From Octopus sinensis (taxonomy: Eukaryota): a stretch of 64,000 nucleotides of DNA. The notes under the pieces were generated by a model. It did no database searches, had not been told where the DNA came from, and saw only the letters and a list, made by a program, of their open reading frames with translations. Each line of letters opens with the position of its first letter. Within the stretch, counting starts at the first letter, position 1. Made by a program: the position numbers and the translations under genes. The stretch covers positions 25,233,360-25,297,359 of the forward strand of contig NC_043019.1 in NCBI RefSeq assembly GCF_006345805.1. The letters are read 5' to 3'. Positions 24,623-36,190 of the stretch are shown piece by piece.

Positions 24623-26013
24623 ACTGGCAGCTTTTTTCCCCGTCTTTTAAGGGTGAAATACCCAGTCTTCCTGCTGTTTCCACAAGTATATTCTGTTTGA
24701 AATTTACTCTCTTGTCTGTGAAATATTCACATATATATTCCTGCACACACAATGCCTTGTTTCATGTTATTTCCCCTGTGAAGAATTGCCTTAGTTTTCT
24801 CATGGCAATGGCAGTATAGTCTTCACAAGAAAAAACGTCTGGGTGTGTCATTATTCTTGCAGCTTAAGAACTTCAGTGCCACCATGTCTGAATGAGATTG
24901 TGCCAAAGAAGCAGATTTTCTTTCTTTTTTTTTTTATTTACATTCTCTGAATAGAATTACAAAAAAAAGAAAAGGTGGGGGAGGGGGAAGTCTTTTGAAG
25001 ACAAAAATCTCTTCTTTCTGTTTGCAAGTGTTTAATAATTCTTTGTTTGTGTGGCTGTATGCGGCACGTGCCACTCTGAGTAAATACTCGGAGTGGGGCA
25101 GTGTCAGTATTTAAGTGGATTACAAAAGGACTTAATATTAGGAGACATTATGACAAAAAAAAATATTTACTTTATACATACATACATACATTATATATAT
25201 ATATATATATAAAGAGACCAAAGTGTATGTATGCTGCTATATTTTTTTATATACAAAAAATACAAAAATAGGACAATAACACAAAACATCCAGACAGACG
25301 ATACATTGAAAACAAGGACGGGTCATTTGGAGTTTTCTTTCCTCAGTTGAGTTCCAGATTATCTTTGCTATTTCAGCTGGTTATACTTGAGATTGCTCCA
25401 ATCTGACCGTGGGGGTGGTATATAGATATATATTCTTTTATTCTTTTAGTCATTTAACTGTGGCCATGCTGGAGTACTGCCTTTAGTCGAGCAAATCAAC
25501 CCCAGGACTTACTCTTTTGTAAGCCTATTACTTATCCTGTTGGTCTCCCTTGCCGAACTGCTAAGTTATGGGGGGTGTCAACACACTAACACCTGTTGTC
25601 AAGTGGTGGTAGAAGACATACTCTGACACAACTTGCGTGTACACACACACACACACACACAAACATACACACAATAGGTTTCTTTCAGTTTTGTCTACCA
25701 AATCCATTGACAAAGCTCAGTTGTGAAAAGAGACAGTCAACTTTTTTGAGTACTTTTAGCGTTCATTAAAGCCTACTTTCGCTTTTGCGAAGATAGACTT
25801 TGATGGTTGCCAATAGACAGTTGTGCTGTATAGATTGTGTGGTAGAAGTGGGGAGAGAGAAAGTGTGTGACTTTGGTCATCAAAGTCAACAAGAAATAAA
25901 ACTTTGAAAGCTAAAATTCTGAAAGGAAATTAACGAAGCATTTCACATAAATCACGACACATGACATGACTGCGTGTGTATACTCCCCCACTCATTCGTT
26001 CTCTTTCTCTCTC

Positions 26014-26044
<31 letters not shown>

Positions 26045-26704
26045 GTTTTTTATTGGGTGATATCACTAACAGCATGGTTGAAAGGAAAGTAAATTTGGTT
26101 CAACAGCGTTAGTTTTAAATGTGCTGAGGTAACACAGTTGTCTTATTTTTCAGTTAAAAAATGTGAGAGATGTCGGTGTTTAATTTCAGGTCAACCAGTC
26201 ATGAAGGAGACTGACGAACAAACACCTTCAAACTGTGACCATCTCGTCTTATAATTCACACGTTGTGTATCTACGACTTATTATTCAATGTTGTGGTCCC
26301 TTTTTTTAAATTAAGACGTAGATTTTTGGCTGGTATTTCAAGCAAGTTGAATGACCATGTAGATCTTTGCTGTAATTTCAGGTCAACCTTGGTTGAATAA
26401 ACCAGTGATCAAAAGTATTCCAACTATGCCCATCCCGTCTTTTCCTATATACAAGGAAACTCTTTTACTGGAATGGTAGGGTATGGTTTGAAGAAACTTT
26501 GGCTGTTATTTTTTGCACATCAAGCGATCATATTGACCTCATTGTCTTAGCAATCTTGTTTAGCTTTTGCAGAACTGTGGTGACCACCCAGCCTTTTTAA
26601 CATACATAGTATATCAAGAATTACATTATCCAATGTCTTTAAAATTTTATTCAAAAATATGTCGGGTTGTGATTTGGTTGTTATTTTTAGCTGGTTGAGT
26701 GACT

Positions 26705-27216
26705 TGTTATGGGTTTGCTCGTCGGTTTGGGTTACATAAGGTTTTATTGCCGGACGTGTCTTAATCAGAAGACAAGGAACAGTGTAAAGAGATAAGGGTA
26801 AAGCCCCGAGGTGAGGCCCTGTGATGAAGGTGAGGCCCCGTGGTGAGGGTGAGGCCCCGTGGTGAGTGTAAGGCCCCGTGGTGAGGGTGAGGCCCCGTGG
26901 TGAGGGTGAGGCCCCGTGGGGAGGGTGAGGTCCCGTGGTGAGGGTAGGTAATTCAACTGTAACTAATTTCACTTTTTGCTTAACATTGAATACCACAAAG
27001 TCTGCTCGCCAACCTTTTTAAACTCGTAAGGTTGGTAACCCATTGATGGATATTTCTGATCATAACTGCCCGATGTAATGAGACACTGTACCCATAAACA
27101 ACAGGGTGGACTAGACAGGGTGAGTGATGAGGATGGTAGCAGCATGGTGAATAAAAACTAGGTGGGTCCAGTACCAGTGTGGCATAAAAGAGTGATGGGC
27201 GGGGAGGATCATAACA
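26705..27216 (-). mobile_element. Candidate solo LTR (512 bp)
   Basis: Perfect 7-bp terminal inverted repeats TGTTATG...CATAACA and a minus-strand AATAAA ~35 nt before the 3' end. No TSD, PBS or PPT found. Confidence 0.4.
26810..26946. repeat. 19-bp GC-rich minisatellite (GAGGCCCCGTGGTGAGGGT) x ~7
   Basis: Direct inspection; lies inside the candidate LTR. Confidence 0.9.
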
Positions 27217-27403
27217 AGGCCCGTAGCACCCTGCCTGGAAGCACATTGAATAGGAGAGATCCACCCACCATCCTCAGTCATAGTAGAATGTCGTTTGGGT
27301 GTTGGTTGGTTGGTTGGTTGGTCTGTGATTGTGACTGGTTGAGTTGATGAATGAAAATACGTTTCTTTGGGTGCAGGAAGAAGAACCTGAATAACACCTG
27401 TGA

Positions 27404-27620
27404 ACCCTTAAGTATTCACATTATTCTGCCCCAAATAATGCTTTCTTTATTGTCATTGTTTTGGATTAATCATGTCATTATCTTGTAGCTTTGAGATTAT
27501 GATATGATTATTTTCAGAATGACATTGTAGGATAGGTGTGAGAGGCCAGATCTGGCTAGGTTGAACATAAAACTGGCCAATTGTTTTGGCTGGATATGAC
27601 CCCGTTTAAATGCTAAAGGT
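27404..27620. mobile_element. Degenerate copy of piggyBac-like MITE G1
   Basis: Internal sequence homologous to 42696-42916; termini eroded. Confidence 0.6.
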
Positions 27621-28254
27621 GCTGAGAGAAGATTTTATTATCGCACATAGAAGTCCAAACTGCATTGGTCTTCTTCTACAAATAACAACAGCAGTAATTA
27701 CATAATTACAGGTGAGATATACAGCTTGGAGTTCATGGCCATCTTACTGAGACAGCAACATGTAGTTGGCCCATGGAAACATGTGGTGATGGAGGTTCTT
27801 GTGTATCTGTCCTGTTCCCTTTGTGATTTGATCTGTCCAATTCTTTCCATGCCTTCCTTGGTCATCTTCTGCTACAGTGTGCGTGTGTTTATCTTTTGTC
27901 TTTTTACTTGTTTCAGTCATCGGGCTGTGGCCCAGCTGGGGCAATGCCTTTAAAAAATTTTAATCGAATGGATCGACCCCAGTACTTTTTTTTTTGTAAA
28001 GCTTAGTACTACTAACTCTATTGGTCTCTTTGTAAATACTGTTGTTGAACAGTGGTGGGGGACAGACACACACATTCACACACACACACATATGCATTCA
28101 CACATACACATAAAGGGCTTCTTTCAGTTTCCATCTACAAATTCCAATCACAAAGTTTGGGTCAGCCTGAGGCTATAGTAGAAGTCACTTGACCAAGGTG
28201 CCACACAGTGGGACTGAACCTGAGACCATGTGGTTAGGAAGCCAGCTTAATACC

Positions 28255-28495
28255 TATTTCTTTACCACCCACAAGGGGCTAAACACAGAGAGGACAAACA
28301 ATGACAGACAAACGGATTAAGTCGATTACATCGACCCCAGTGCATGATTGGTACTTAATTTATCGACCCGGAAAGGATGAAAGGCAAAGTCGACCTCGGC
28401 GGAATTTGAACCCAGAACATAAAGACAGAGGAAATACTGCTAAGCATTTCGCCCAGTGTGCTAACGATTCTGCCAGCTCACCACCTTGAATACCA
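28255..28495 (-). mobile_element. SINE family B (long-tail subfamily) inserted into a family C head, 12-bp TSD
   Basis: TSD CAGCTTAATACC at 28243-28254 and 28496-28507. A box TGGCAGAATCG, B box GGGTTCAAATT. Confidence 0.85.
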
Positions 28496-29378
28496 CAGCT
28501 TAATACCACACAGCCATGCCAGACCTGTCTGTGTATGCAAGGTGTTCCTCTTCCATTACCACAGTACCTGGGCACTTTGTCACTTTGCACTCAATACGGC
28601 AGTGGGGTGGGTATTCCATGCCTCACCTGTCAAACCCCAACCATCTTAATAACTCCTGTCACTCTACTGCACCTAACAAACTGATAAATCTCTCTCTCTC
28701 TCTTTTCCTATTCTCTCTTCTTCTTCTCTCTTTCTCTCTCTCTCCTCCCCCTTCTACCTCCTCTCTTGTCTTCCTATAATTTTCTTGGTTGCATTCTCTC
28801 ACCTTTCACCTTAATAAACATAATGAATGGATTAATTAGTGATTAGAATTAACAATGGAATTAGTTCAATGGTCAGGCTGATAGTGTGATTAGGACAAAG
28901 TAAGAATAGCAAGGGATTAAGTACCATGCTGATGGTGGCACTGAAAATAATGGTCCGGTGTGGGTGGGGTGGGGTTAAGTAGGGAAGTTGGTGGTTATTA
29001 GGAGTAGTAGTGGGGGTGGCAGTGGTAATAATACTGTGGTAGGAGGAGTAGTGTTGTGTCAGTGGTGACAGTAATGATACTATGACCGCCATGTAAGTGT
29101 TATGGTGGTGGTGGTGGTGGTAATGGCTTTGTGACAGGAGTGGCAGTGTTGATATTGTAACAGTGGTGGTGGTCATGGTAGTGGTTTTGAGATGGTTCAG
29201 CAAAAGAATTTATCCATCTAAAACTACAAAAACAACAACAAAACTATGAAATGGTTAATACCATATTTTTTTTTTTTATATAAAAGTGAATCCAGATACT
29301 TGTTTCTGTTGACTGTAGCCATGCTGGGGCACCACCTTGAAGGTTTTTTTTTTGTTTTTTTTTAGTTAAATGAACTAG

Positions 29379-29553
29379 GTGGTAAGTAGCTTGCTAACCA
29401 ACCACATGGTTCCAGGTTCAGTCCCACTGCGTGGCATCTTGGGCAAGTGTCTTCTGCTATAGCCCCGGGCTGACCAATGCCTTGTGAGTGGATTTGGTAG
29501 ACGGAAACTGAAAGAAGCCTGTCGTATATGTATATATATATATATATATATAT

Positions 29554-29592
<39 letters not shown>

Positions 29593-29808
29593 TTGTGTGT
29601 CTGTGTTTGTCCCCCTAGCATTGCTTGACAACCGATGCTGGTGTGTTTATGTCCCCATCACTTAGCGGTTCAGAAAAAGATACCGATAGAATAAGTACTG
29701 GGCTTACAAAGAATAAGTCCCGGGGTCGATTTGATCGACTAAAGGCGGTGCTCCAGCATGGCCGCAGTCAAATGACTGAAACAAGTAAAAGAGTAAAAGA
29801 ATAAAGAG
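29379..29808 (+). mobile_element. Near full-length SINE family C
   Basis: CORE-like head, internal microsatellite and GTAAAAGA tail. Other + copies at ~9485, 13455, 32483, 37730; - copies at ~13040, 25430, 27895, 45541, 46815, 47325, 52270. Confidence 0.9.
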
Positions 29809-30264
29809 ATCTCTTTCCCCACATTTCAAGCCCCTTGTGCCTTTAGTAGAAAAGATCATAATTACTCTATCTTCTCTGCTAGTCTTACCCCCCCCCTCCA
29901 CCACCTGTCGTTACTCTACACATCTAAATAGATATATTTATCTAAATTACCACATTCAGTTCATTGAACTTATCTTCTTTGTATAGATTTAGATCTGTTA
30001 TAGTACTTGACTCCATTGTTTTTGTTAACTTTTCCTCTCCTAATTTACTGTATTGCATAATTACTAATTAACAAGTGTAATCATACATTATAAATTAATG
30101 AGAAAGTTTTATGTTTCACTTTTACCTGCTGGGTCATTATAAAATTGGCAGTACTTGTGGTCTTTGTGGATGCTCTTAGACTGGTGAGGTTGGTACTGTT
30201 TTATGATGCATTTAAACTGTTGTAGGTCGGCCACCTGAAGGTAGGACAGGAGCAGGGAAAATAT

Positions 30265-30736
30265 TTCAGAGTTATGATGTACTACAGAGGAAAGACAAGG
30301 CTTAGGGGTTAGTGTGGTGGAGTTGGAAACAATAAGGGTGACGAAAGGGTAGATAGATCAGTTGCAATGTCACAGGTGCCAATTCAGAGTTATGATGTTC
30401 TACAGAGGAAAGATAAGGCTTAGGGGTTAGTGTGGTGGAGTTGGAAACAATAAGGGTGACGAATGGGTAGATAGATCAGTTGCAATGTCACAGGTGCCAA
30501 TTCAGAGTTATGATGTTTTACAGAGGAAAGACGAGGCTTAGGGGTTAGTGTGGTGGAGTTGGAAACAATGAGGGTGACGAAAGGGTAGATAGATCAGTTG
30601 CAATGTCACAGGTGCCAATTCAGAGTTATGATGTTCTACAGAGGAAAGATAAGGCTTAGGGGTTAGTGTGGTGGATTTGGAAACAATAAGGGTGACGAAA
30701 GGGTAGATAGATCAGTTGCAATGTCACAGGTGCCAA
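30265..30736 (+). repeat. 4 x 118-bp tandem repeat
   Basis: Unit starts at 30265, 30383, 30501 and 30619. Units differ at a few positions. Confidence 0.95.
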
Positions 30737-30944
30737 ACTGTATCAGCCCCTTTGCCTTTCCTTCAGGTAACATTACTGGTGTGGAGAGGGATGGTTAGTA
30801 TGCATGGGCAACTGTTGGTCTTCGATAAACAACCTTGCTTGGACTTGTACCTCGGAGGGTAACTTTCTAGGTGTAACCGTATGGTCATTCATAATCAATG
30901 GGGGGGTCTTCACTTTTATATATAATATATAAAATAAATGTACC

Positions 30945-31177
30945 CTTTTTAAAGCCTAGCCAGGCTCATGGGCCTGGTTTCCGTGGTGTATGTGTTCCCA
31001 GCTGGATGGGATGCCAATCCATCGCAGCGCTACTAATTTTTACCAGCTGAGTGGACTGGAGAAATGTGAAATGAAGTGTTTTGCTCAAGAACACAGCACG
31101 TTGCCCGGTCCAGGAATCGAAACCACAATCTTCCATCATGGTGCTGACGCCCTAACCACTAAGCCATACACCTCCAC
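30945..31177 (-). mobile_element. Modular SINE: D-like tRNA head, CORE-like body, V-like domain
   Basis: Minus strand reads GTTCTTGAGCAAAACACTTC...CCAGTCCACTCAGCTGG, then CTGCGATGGATTGGCATCCCATCCAGC, which resembles the V-SINE motif CTGCGATGGACTGGCGACCTGTCCAGG. Confidence 0.6.
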
Positions 31178-31615
31178 CACTTTTATATATATAAAAACAA
31201 AATTGTCAACCAGATATATTATCAACCCACAGGTCATGAGTTCAAACCCACATTGCATCCTGCTTTCTCATAATGCATTTATGATATAATATTCAATTTA
31301 CTTGCCTTCAGTCCATTTCTCATCTATCTCTCATTACGTAGGCAACAGCTAAGCTATGATGGAGTGAAGTTAACTGTAATATCCTGTTGTATTATTCCAG
31401 AGAGATTCATTTCTCTAATTTCCTCTGTAATTAGAGACTCACTGGTGGCCAAGTTCTGTTCTGTTTCTAGAATTTTATTGCAATGTCATCAAAGTGATTC
31501 CACTGGACAAATGTGGAAACATATTTGTTTTTATAATATTTTTTTTACTTTACATTTATTCATACATTAATTATTTATTTAATTATTGAATTAATGTTTC
31601 ATCTTTACTTTGTAG

Positions 31616-31676
31616 GTGCTAAAATCTTGGACTCTTTAAGATGAATCAAGTGTTGGAATTTTCAATCTATATTATG
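31616..31676 (+). other. Candidate 61-nt exon (may contain start codon: MNQVLEFSIYIM)
   Basis: Polypyrimidine acceptor TTTCATCTTTACTTTGTAG and perfect donor GTAAGT in non-repetitive AT-rich sequence. Partner exons not identified. Confidence 0.4.
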
Positions 31677-32400
31677 GTAAGTCTGCATACAAATTTCCAG
31701 TTCTTTTTCTTCTTTCTGTATTTGTAAGACAGAATCTAAACAAAGCTCATTGTGTATGTATGTGTGTCTGTGTCTATGTAGATATAGCTATGTGTGTGTG
31801 TGTGTGTATAGATATAGGTATGCATGTGTGGGGGTGTATGTGTGTATGTTTGTATCACCTTGTATCTGTAGTGTGACATCATGGGGTGCCAATTACTAAA
31901 TCATATGTGCCAAGTGGAATAAAGGAGCACAAAGTCAGTGTCCATGTTCTCTTTTAGTATTATTATTATTATTATCATTAATATTAAGGTGGTGATCTGG
32001 CAGAGTCGTGAGCACACTGAGCAAAATGCTTAGCAGCATTTCTCTCATCTCTACGTTCTGAGTTCAAATTCTGCCGAGGTTGACTTTGCCTTTCATTTAT
32101 TTGAGGTCAATAAATTAAATACAAGTTGAGTACTGATGTGATCACCTTAATCCCTCCCACCAAATTCCAGGCTTTGTACCCCTAGCAGAAAAGATTATTA
32201 TTATTGCTGATTCTTTTTGTATCATGTCATTTCCCACCCTTGGATACAGACAATCTGTGTGTACCAGCGACAGTGGGAGTTTAGCATGATTAATATTACA
32301 GCTGAAACCTGTATGGTTTAATTGTCATGTATTGAGTGCATCTTATCTTACATACACACACACACACACGTATATATATATGTGTATATATATATATATA

Positions 32401-32476
<76 letters not shown>

Positions 32477-32633
32477 TTTTCTAAGTGGTAAGAAGCTTGC
32501 TCCCAGCCACATGGTTCTGGGTTCAACCCCACTGCTTGGGACCTTGGGCAAGTGTCTTCTACTATAACCTTGGGCTGACCAAAGCCTCGTGAGTGGATTT
32601 GGTAGACAGAAACTGAAAGAAGCCTGTCTTATA

Positions 32634-32673
<40 letters not shown>

Positions 32674-33135
32674 TTGTGTGTCTGTGTTTGTCCTCCCACC
32701 ATCACTTGACAACCGATTTTGGTGTGTTTATATCCTTGTAACTTAGCGTTTCAGCAAAAGAGACCGATAGAATAAGTTCTAAGCTTACAAAGAATAAGTC
32801 TTGGTAGGGTTGATTTGTTCGACTAAAGGTGGTGCTCCAGCATGACCGCAATCGACTAAAAAACAAAGAGGTGTATCAGTTTAATGTTCGTGAAGAATAA
32901 GTGGAAGTTTTACCAGTGAGTGTGTTAAATTATAAGGCACCAAAAGAGAATGACTCTCCCCAGACACGACAGAACTCGAATATATCTGATTTTGATTGGA
33001 AGACTAAGATTCGTCCCCTGTCTCTATGGTGTCTATCCCAGTTTGACAGAAAAAAATTTCACGTACGTGAAGCCAGTGGCTTGCAGATTTCGTTTTAATG
33101 GTTATCATGAAATTGACCAAATATGTTCTTATACC

Positions 33136-33367
33136 TATTTCTTTATTACCCACAAGGGGCTAAACACAGAGGGGACAAACAAGGACAGACATAGGTATTA
33201 AGTCGATTACATCGACCCCAGTGCGTAACTGGTTCTTAATTTATCGACCTCGAAAGGATGAAAGGCAAAGTCAACCTCGGTAGAACTTGAACTCACAACG
33301 TAACGCAGACGAAATACCGCTAAGCATTTTGCCCGGCGTGCTAACGTTTCTGCCAGCTCGCCGCTAA
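33136..33367 (-). mobile_element. SINE family B long-tail copy, 15-bp TSD
   Basis: ATATG(T/C)TCTTATACC at 33121-33135 and 33368-33382. Many other B copies (~1490, 3840, 21150, 23035, 23320, 31985, 35092, 37272, 37503, 47728, 59757). Confidence 0.85.
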
Positions 33368-34014
33368 ATATGCTCTTATACCGGTTTTGAAGATGAGCTC
33401 CTCCTAGATATATATATTTATTCATTGATAGGATAAATTATAATAAACATTTAGTTTATATTATTAATTCTGAGATAGGTTTCACCATTGTGGTTGCTTG
33501 GAACACTGCATTAGAGGTTCCAAGGGGAATTTGGATACTTAACCAGAAAAGATCATCAGAAGACATTTTATTGCATCAACTTACAGAGAACTAGTTCTTT
33601 TGTATGTAACACACACACACACACACGTTTCAGAAGTTTTACATTGAAAAAACAGAGGTCCTCTACTTCCATAGAAGGACTCAATTTATTTGTCTGTTTG
33701 TCTATGCATGCATACCTACCTCCCTACTTCAAGCCTACTCACCTGTCCACCCACCTAAAACTCTTTATCTACCTACCTGTCTACCTAATCAATTCCATGA
33801 ATTCCATTTGGGAAAGGCACAAATGTCGTAGATAACAGCCCAAGCCATTCCTGGAGTCTTTGGCTATCTGCGATCTGATCAAGGAAGATCATGTATATAT
33901 GTGTGTGTGTGTGTGTATGTGTGTGTATACGTGTGTATTTGTGTGTGTGTGTGTATACGTGTGTGTGACTTCACTGACAAATGACATTCACTGCTACTCC
34001 ATAGGAGAGACACT

Positions 34015-34062
<48 letters not shown>

Positions 34063-35914
34063 TATGCTTTTCTGTGCTTGCATGGGTTGAACATACATAT
34101 GACTTGGCCTGCATACTCACACACACACACATACACACACATATGTATATTACGTAGTTGTTAAATATAGCAATGAATAGTTGTGCTGTTAATTTACCAA
34201 ATCAATGCTGTAGTTATTTGACTTATTTCATGAATGCTTTGCAGGGAAAGGCATCAATATCACTCAGCCCTTATCTCGATGTGATGTTACCAACACCGAT
34301 TACATGCCGATAGATTATCTCTGATCTAGTTACAGAGAAGGTTACACATGCATAGCTTATAGCCACGCTGTGGTTTCATGAAAAATGTGACACTATACTT
34401 TGCACACAGATACGATATCAAATCTCATTGACTTCATTGGTTTTATAGTCACACTGGTGTTGTATGTTAGTCATGACATACCTTACAGGTACTGCACCAA
34501 TCTCATCATTGTCAACATTGATTCATAGTCACATTGGTATTGTATGGTAAAGGTGACACTATAAGCTTATACACACAAACATATGGCATTGATTTGTCAT
34601 CATCATCGTCATATTCACATTAGGGTTGCATGAGAGAGGTGATACGATAAGCTTATACACACAGACATGGCATCAATTTTTACCATTATTGTCATCATCA
34701 TCATCATCATCAACAACAACATATTTACATCTGTGTTATGTGGAAGACATGACAATATGTCTTACATACAGATACTATATTGAATTTTATCATCAGTGTC
34801 AACATTGTTTTAATATTCACACTGGTGTTGGTGTCTTGCAAAAAAAAAAAAAAAAAAAAGAAAAGCACCCAGTACACTCTGTAAAGTGGTTGGCATTAAG
34901 AAGGGCACCCAGCTGTAGAAAACATGCCAAAGCAGACAGCAGAGCTTTGCACAGTCTTCTGGCTAGCCATCTTCGGTCAGTCCATTGAACTCATGCCAGC
35001 AGGGAAAGCAGACGTTAAATGGTGATGATTGTAATGATGATGATGATGTTGTTGAATGGAAGAGGTCATACTATAATTTCTGTTCAAATTTTGGCACAAA
35101 GCCAGTAAATTTGGAATAGGGGTAAGCCGATTACATCTCCCCTATTATCCAACTGGTACTTATCAACCCCAAAAGGATGAACGATGAAGTCGACCTCAGC
35201 TGAATTTGAACTCAGAACATAAAGACAGACCAAATGCCGATAAGCATTTTGCCTGGTATGCTAACGATCCTGTCAGCTCCTTGCCTTAGGCAGTATTATA
35301 TTTTAGACACACACACATCACATCAATCTGATCATTATTATTGTTATTGTTTCAACATCTGCTTCTCAAGACAACTCTTCCTGTCAGGAAACCATTCTTG
35401 TTTTTCTAAGTTTGGAATATTTATATTCTGTTGCTCTTCACCTGAAACTAATGAAATCACCAGAACATGTTGTTTTACTGGCAGCATAAACAACACATCG
35501 TTGTCCAAACAGAATCAATGTGGAGATACATGGAATCACACACACGCACACACACACACACACGCACGCACACACACGCACACACACACACGCACGCACA
35601 CACACACACACACACACCACACACACACACACACACACTTCTGTGTAGTTTTTGTCTACTAAATTTCACTCACAAAGCATTGGTCAGCCTGAATCTATAG
35701 CAGAGGGTACCACACATTGGGGTGGAACCTGAAATCACTTCTCAGCCAAATTTGTACAACACACACACACACACACATGCATACAGATACATGCGCATGC
35801 ACACACATGTGCATATGAAATGCTCTTACACAATTGACTACAAATACTTGGACTCCATATTTTTATATTATCACAGAGTATTTAAGCTCTCTCTCTCTCT
35901 CTTTACATACATAC

Positions 35915-36190
35915 AGGCACATGGCTTAGTGGTTAGGGTCTTTCACCCGAGTTTGTAAAGTCAGGAGTTCGATTCCCAACTGTGCATTGTATCCTTGAGC
36001 AAGACGTTTCATTTTCACATTTCTCCAGTCTCCTCAACAGACAAAACGATTCATACCTGTAATTCAAAGCGCCAGCCTTGTCACATTCTGTATCATGCAG
36101 AATCTCCCTGAGAACTACAAGAAGGGCACACGTGTCTGTGGAGTACTCAGCCACTTGCACATGAATTTCATGAGCAGGCTGACCTGTTGA
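35915..36190 (+). mobile_element. SINE family E (CORE-type) copy
   Basis: Homologous to 51173-51493. Others at ~46520 (+), ~57545 (-) and ~63820 (-). Confidence 0.75.

Noticed and set aside
30299-30315. Telomere-like TTAGGGGTTAG in the 118-bp repeat
   Set aside because: Only about 1.5 imperfect units; not an interstitial telomeric array.
32875-33120. CpG-containing unique island with 65-83 aa ORFs
   Set aside because: No splice signals bracketing an open frame and no recognisable homology.
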